DNA from: Cycas panzhihuaensis
Taxonomy: Eukaryota; Plantae; Cycadophyta
Assembly: GCA_023213395.1 (NCBI GenBank)
Contig: CM041465.1
Location: 250,177,741 to 250,241,740 of the forward strand
Length of the DNA stretch: 64,000 nucleotides
Direction of reading: 5' to 3'
The translations under genes and the position numbers were made by a program. The stretch's first letter is position 1. Every line of letters begins with the position of its first letter. The notes under the pieces were generated by a model, which was not told the DNA's origin, searched no databases, and worked only from the letters and a program-made list of their open reading frames with translations. This document shows positions 58,873 through 64,000 of the stretch, piece by piece.

Positions 58873-60375
58873 CTTTAGAAAGATGAAAAAATATAAAGAA
58901 GAAACTTTCAAAATAGAGAATTATACCTATTTTAGAATGTAGGACCACTTAGCTTATTGCTCACTTTAAATGTATGTGATCGATCTTCTGTTATAAATTA
59001 GCTTAGAAGAAACTATATAAAAGTAAAATAAAATCTTTAAACATGTATTGTAAGTAATTAGTAAGGTGAATAAAACTTAGTTGTAAGAAAGAACTTCTTA
59101 AAGAATTAAGAGGACAAGCCTGTTCGAATAAATCAGGTGCTCAAGCTGATCAGCTTCAAAATTGTACTAAATAATATCATATTAAGATTAGATTATACAA
59201 GATTGAAGAGTAATAAAATATCTATCCAACAGATCTAACCATTTGGAAAATGGGTTCTTGCAACTCAAGATTTTAATGCACAAGTGAATTAACCCCTTTT
59301 TGGTGCTTAACCGGAGCTAGGGGGCCTAAAAGGAAGTGAAATACTAATAAAATCTTATAAAATAATGTAGAAATGATCAAATATAAACTAAAGAGCTTCT
59401 TAATATGCTTTGAGTCAATAAACTTAAGAAATAATATGTAAAAATATATAATAATGAAAAACTAGGAGCTTTTATGTACCTCAACTTTGTCAGCTTTGAA
59501 TGTCTACAAGAAAACTTTGAAACTGAGAAACTAGAGTTGAGGTAACTCTAGAGGCTGGATCTCTCTCTGTGAGCCATGAAATGAGATGAAAATTGATAGT
59601 CAGTGAGGTATCTTAGGTAGCAAGAGGCTTATAAAGTTGCATGATAATCTATTACTTGCGTGTTGAGAACGAGCCTGTAAACTGAATGGGAGCCAAATGG
59701 AGTAATAGTCGATCAAAACAAAATATCTCATTGTATGGTCAACAAAATCACAAACGGTTTCTTCCACTAGCTCACTAGTTCAACAAGGATCATAATGAGT
59801 AGTCACTTGTAGGGGTTTCAAGTACTGGATCTATTGCACAAGCTTGTCGAATCAATGCTATCAAGTCACCCAAAAAATAAACTTAAAAAATAAAACATAA
59901 ATTGAAAAAAATTAATCAAATAAACTTTAAAATGTATAAAGTTTGAACTTTAATATAATATATAACAAAATCAAACTAATGTAACCGTAGACAATGAGCC
60001 ATAAATTAAATGTAGCTTGCCAAATGTGTGTGGATCTAAGCTCTAATACCAAATGAAGGTTACGATGGAGATGCAAAGCAGAGCAGTAAACATAAGAAAC
60101 CAATCCATATTATATAAACATGTGAATATCATTTTGATTAACCCATTTTTGCTTGAGAGTATATAAAATTTCTTCGATAGGTGGTGTTGATGAACACTGA
60201 GGGAGATGACCCCATATAATTTATACTTTTGAGGGAGGAGGGAAACCTCCTCAATCTCTAATTCAAAATACTATAAAATAATATGCAACACTAAGTAAAC
60301 CTTACTTAACTTACCTTGAAGGGTTTTGCATCATATACTCCAAGATAGGGTCATGTGATAAGCATTAACCCAATA
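57236..60375 (-). mobile_element. TR-GAG-like non-autonomous LTR element (3.1 kb, 322-bp LTRs, copia-type gag remnant only)
   Basis: LTRs 57236-57557 and 60054-60375 align end to end. PBS complement gctctaatacca at 60040-60051. PPT complement ttcccccccttaa at 57558-57570. Gag remnant from ATG at 58269 (IFDGHNFQ..MQTYF..DIWRYL*DG..DNEVLAIL..SKFV*DTL). No PR, IN or RT. Confidence 0.9.
58833..58870. repeat. (TA)n microsatellite
   Basis: Seen directly. Confidence 0.95.
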
Positions 60376-60469
60376 TGTCCCCTATGGAATGCACTAATCT
60401 TAAGACTTTAAGGCAAGGTTTATAACATTTTTTAAGCCTCTATACTTAAAAAATTTATAGATTTTAATG

Positions 60470-62470
60470 ATGTGAATATGAAATAATGGATTAATCATGG
60501 AACTGGTAAATAGTTACATAATAGATACATTAAAAAGCTAAGGTGAGATACTGAGTGGAATTGGTCTGCCTATAAACTAAAAATTCATTTATTTAGAATG
60601 ACCTCACAATCCTCTAATATCTTCACAATACAAAATTATACCCTTAATATACATACAGGATCAATAACAATCTACAAAAGATTCTATAACTACCCTGACA
60701 CTTATCATAAGTCCATTTAGGACTTTAGTAACTCTTGTAGTACATGACATTATCCTTGATAACTCATCCCTCAATATGCCCTTACATGAATAATAATCCT
60801 AATACTCCCCCTTAATATTTATATGATCAATTGAATTTATCAAACTAGCTTGTTAAAAAAATATTAGGCCTCATCTTTGATTTCCATTTTCTCTTTATCT
60901 CCAACAACTTAGCTTGCTTAATGGTCTTCATGTACCATTTAAGAAATTTAATGGATGGAATGAACTCAGGTTCTAATATGTCTCTTGAGTGTCTTTAAAT
61001 TTCTCCTCTTTAGTTTCTTCCTCTTTAGGTTGAATCTTTTGTTCAATAACCTACCGAATCGGAGAATTGGATTCAAATTGTTCCTCAATTTACTTCCCTT
61101 TGTCTTACCAAATCTTCTAGATGTCTAGATCTTAACCCTAATCTGTCACTTGCTTATCAAATTCATTGGAGATAATTTCTACAATATATTTTTCATCTTT
61201 TTCAAAGATAACTTCCTAAGTTATATGAACCTTTCTGGTTATCAACTTATATATCTGGTATACTTTTATCTCTTCATTATACCCAACAAGAATGCCTTCT
61301 AAGCTTTTATCAACAACTTCCTAATGTTTATCTTTGGAAATCTGCATATATGTTGTGCTTCTAAATATTTTAAGATGGATAACTATAGGATTACAAATTA
61401 ACCATGCTTCTTTAGGTGTTTTATCTTATATAACTTTAGTAGTGCTTCTGTATGTTAAGTAAGTTGTTGTACCAACCGCTTCTACCCAAAAAATATATGA
61501 GAGATTCTTAGCCTTCATTAACACTTTAGCCTTTTTAATAAACATCTTATTTATTCTCTCAGCTAACCTATCCTACTAATGAGAGTAGGTTGATATCATA
61601 TTTTTGATATTATGGTCCTTACAAAATTAGATAAAGATTCTGGAGGTAAATTCATCCTTATTATTTAACCTTAGTGTCTTGATTTTTTATCTACATTCCT
61701 TCTCCAATTTTGGTTTAAACTTCTTAAATGACTTAAATACCTGAGACCTCTCCTTGAAAGGTTAAATCTATATTTTCTTAGAATAATCATCAATGAAGGT
61801 TAGGAGATATTTTACATCTCTAAGTAAAATGTTTAGCATAGGATCATAAATATCTAAGTGTACTAGGTTTAACATTTCAGTCGCCTTGTCTTTCAAAAAT
61901 CTTTTCTTATGCTACTTTTTATTTATACAAAGATCATATATACCCTTTTCTACTCTAAACTTTGGGAGACCATGCACTATATTTATTGTTTTCATCAATC
62001 AAAGGCTAGGGAAATATAAATGTCCCAACCTTTCATGCCACTAATGAATCTTATTTACTACCCCTGTAGTTAAATATGCTCTTTGGTTTATAGACTTACC
62101 TAAGAGCCTATAAAAATGGATTTTACTTATTCCCTCTACAATTGTTTAACCCTCATGATCATTGATAATTTCCTTCCCATCTTTAAAGAGAACACTCATC
62201 CCATTGTCCTTTATCTAACTGATAGAAATCAAAATTTTCTTTAATCTAGGTATGTACAAAACATCTTCCATATAATAATCATTACACTCTAGAGCTATAA
62301 TTAAAACTTTCCCAATGATTTTAATAGTTAATATTTTATTATGTCCCAGAGATTTAGTATGGCCGAATGCCTCCCACATGTACTTAAACTAGTCAAGCTT
62401 GCCTGTCATGTGTTTGGAAGCACCTGAATCTATATACTAGACATTATTATACCTTGTATTATGTGTTGTT
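60470..62470 (-). mobile_element. Ty1/copia fragment (LTR, PPT, integrase, protease) lacking RT/RNase H; related to the 10150-13558 element
   Basis: PPT complement ctcccccttaa at 60805. Integrase remnants at 61200-62050. *YIDSGASKHMTG at ~62400-62440. 62170-62260 closely resembles 13422-13510. The left LTR edge is approximate. Confidence 0.82.
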
Positions 62471-62969
62471 ATACTCTATTATATGACAGGGATTTTCTTT
62501 TCTTTTCTTAGAAAACTATTATATGATAAAGAATTTTTATAATAAAACTGATTAACCAAATAGGGGCATTAAGGGGTTTTGCCTAATTAATCATTTGATG
62601 TATTGAATAGGCCTTAAATGAGTTATTTGATATAAAACTACTTCTTCTTGGTAATTTTAATCACTTATGTTTGGTTTATCTAATATTAGGTCTTTTCATT
62701 TGTAAAGAAATTAATGGTATAAACTTTTAGATCAACCTAGTTCTGCTAGTATTTTTGGTTTGTAACATTTGTAGATACCACTCATATGTATCCACTTAGA
62801 TTTTTTAGTATTTTATGGATTGTATCTCATTTTAATTCTAAAAATCTAGAATATTATTATCTTCCATCTCCTTTAAATAATTTTCCTTTTACTTATAACC
62901 CTATTTTTTTTTTCTTTCTCTTTTAATTGCACCTTGATATTTTTCTTAGCTTTTTTTATACCCTAGAAA

Positions 62970-64000
62970 TGTTCTTTAAGAGCTCTTTTAGTGATTATGT
63001 AGAAAAATAAAATTGATAGAAAATAATAATGTACAAATGAAAAGAACAATAGATACTAGGATCATAATTGTGCCCTTAAGGTACCTTAACTTAAATTAAG
63101 ACCATAAGAATATTGTTATAACAATATTTAAATATAAAACATTGAGTGTGTATTTATTATATATAACATGGCTATGTGTGGGACCTACCATTAAATATTA
63201 ATATCGTAATAAAATGAATTGTATAAATATATATTATAGATTTACTTCATAAAGCATAAACCAAGCTATTCTAACACTCCCCCATAATGTACATTTGGAA
63301 ACACATAAGTTTCTTTGAATTTATAATGCTTGATCTTCAAAAATATCTTAAAAATAATATATAAAACTTAGTTTTCAATTTGAATTTTAACTTGTTTTCG
63401 TTGTATCAACTCTTGAATGTAGTAATGATACTTGATCTTGATATGCTTTATTCTTGTTTGTAAAATTGAGTTCTTCATCATAGATATAGTATTTTAATTA
63501 TTATGTTGAATCTCTATAAGTTCATTCTAATTTTGATGTAGATCTTGGAATATCTCTCTAAAATTAACTAATTTATAAACATTTGTTTTAACTTCTTTAT
63601 ATTTTGCCTTAGGTTCATCATTTTAAATCACTTGAGATGTCATCATTCTCTTATCAAAATCTAGATCAAGAATAGCTCTTGGATTAGGCTCAATAACAAT
63701 ATGTATATCTTCATCAACTTGCAAATCCTTTTTATTATTTGAATAATTAGAATTATTTTTAAAATTTATGTCCTTAAATTTGATTTAACATTTGAAATAA
63801 GAACTTTAATTAAATTTGAATCATTAGTAACATCAAGATATATAAGTAAATTTCATTCATATTCAACTTTAAATACAATCTCCTTTAAAATAATAGGAAC
63901 ATTTATAAAAATGAGTAAAGAAACTTTAATGTCTAGAATTACTTGATCACAATCATCAGTAGATTCTTTACATCTAATAATAGGTTCATCACACTCAACA
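62970..64000 (-). mobile_element. 3' end of another LTR element (LTR ending 63276, PPT, non-pol internal sequence)
   Basis: ctaaca followed by PPT complement ctcccccataat at 63277. The adjoining internal sequence shows no RNase H motifs and reads as an acidic, decayed frame. Confidence 0.55.

Overview
An AT-rich, CpG-poor, gene-free stretch of a land-plant genome made almost entirely of nested, decayed LTR retrotransposons, plus a ~2.9 kb (TA)n array. I found no intact host gene, RNA gene or CRISPR array. Recognisable parts: about eight degenerate Ty1/copia elements or fragments; a minus-strand Ty3/gypsy (Tekay/Del-like) 5' half; a gypsy protease remnant; and one structurally complete but pseudogenised CRM-like chromovirus (23862-30605). 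Several small non-autonomous LTR elements are also present, including a gag-only TR-GAG-like element (57236-60375). The most unusual structure is a three-LTR tandem dimer of a pol-less element (13559-30982). It is bounded by one near-perfect target-site duplication and splits a copia element between its protease and integrase. Its internal region shares an unassigned, possibly protein-coding domain with a different pol-less LTR element (37544-40148), where that domain lies in frame with a chromodomain remnant. All boundaries and alignments were made by eye, and no database searches were run.
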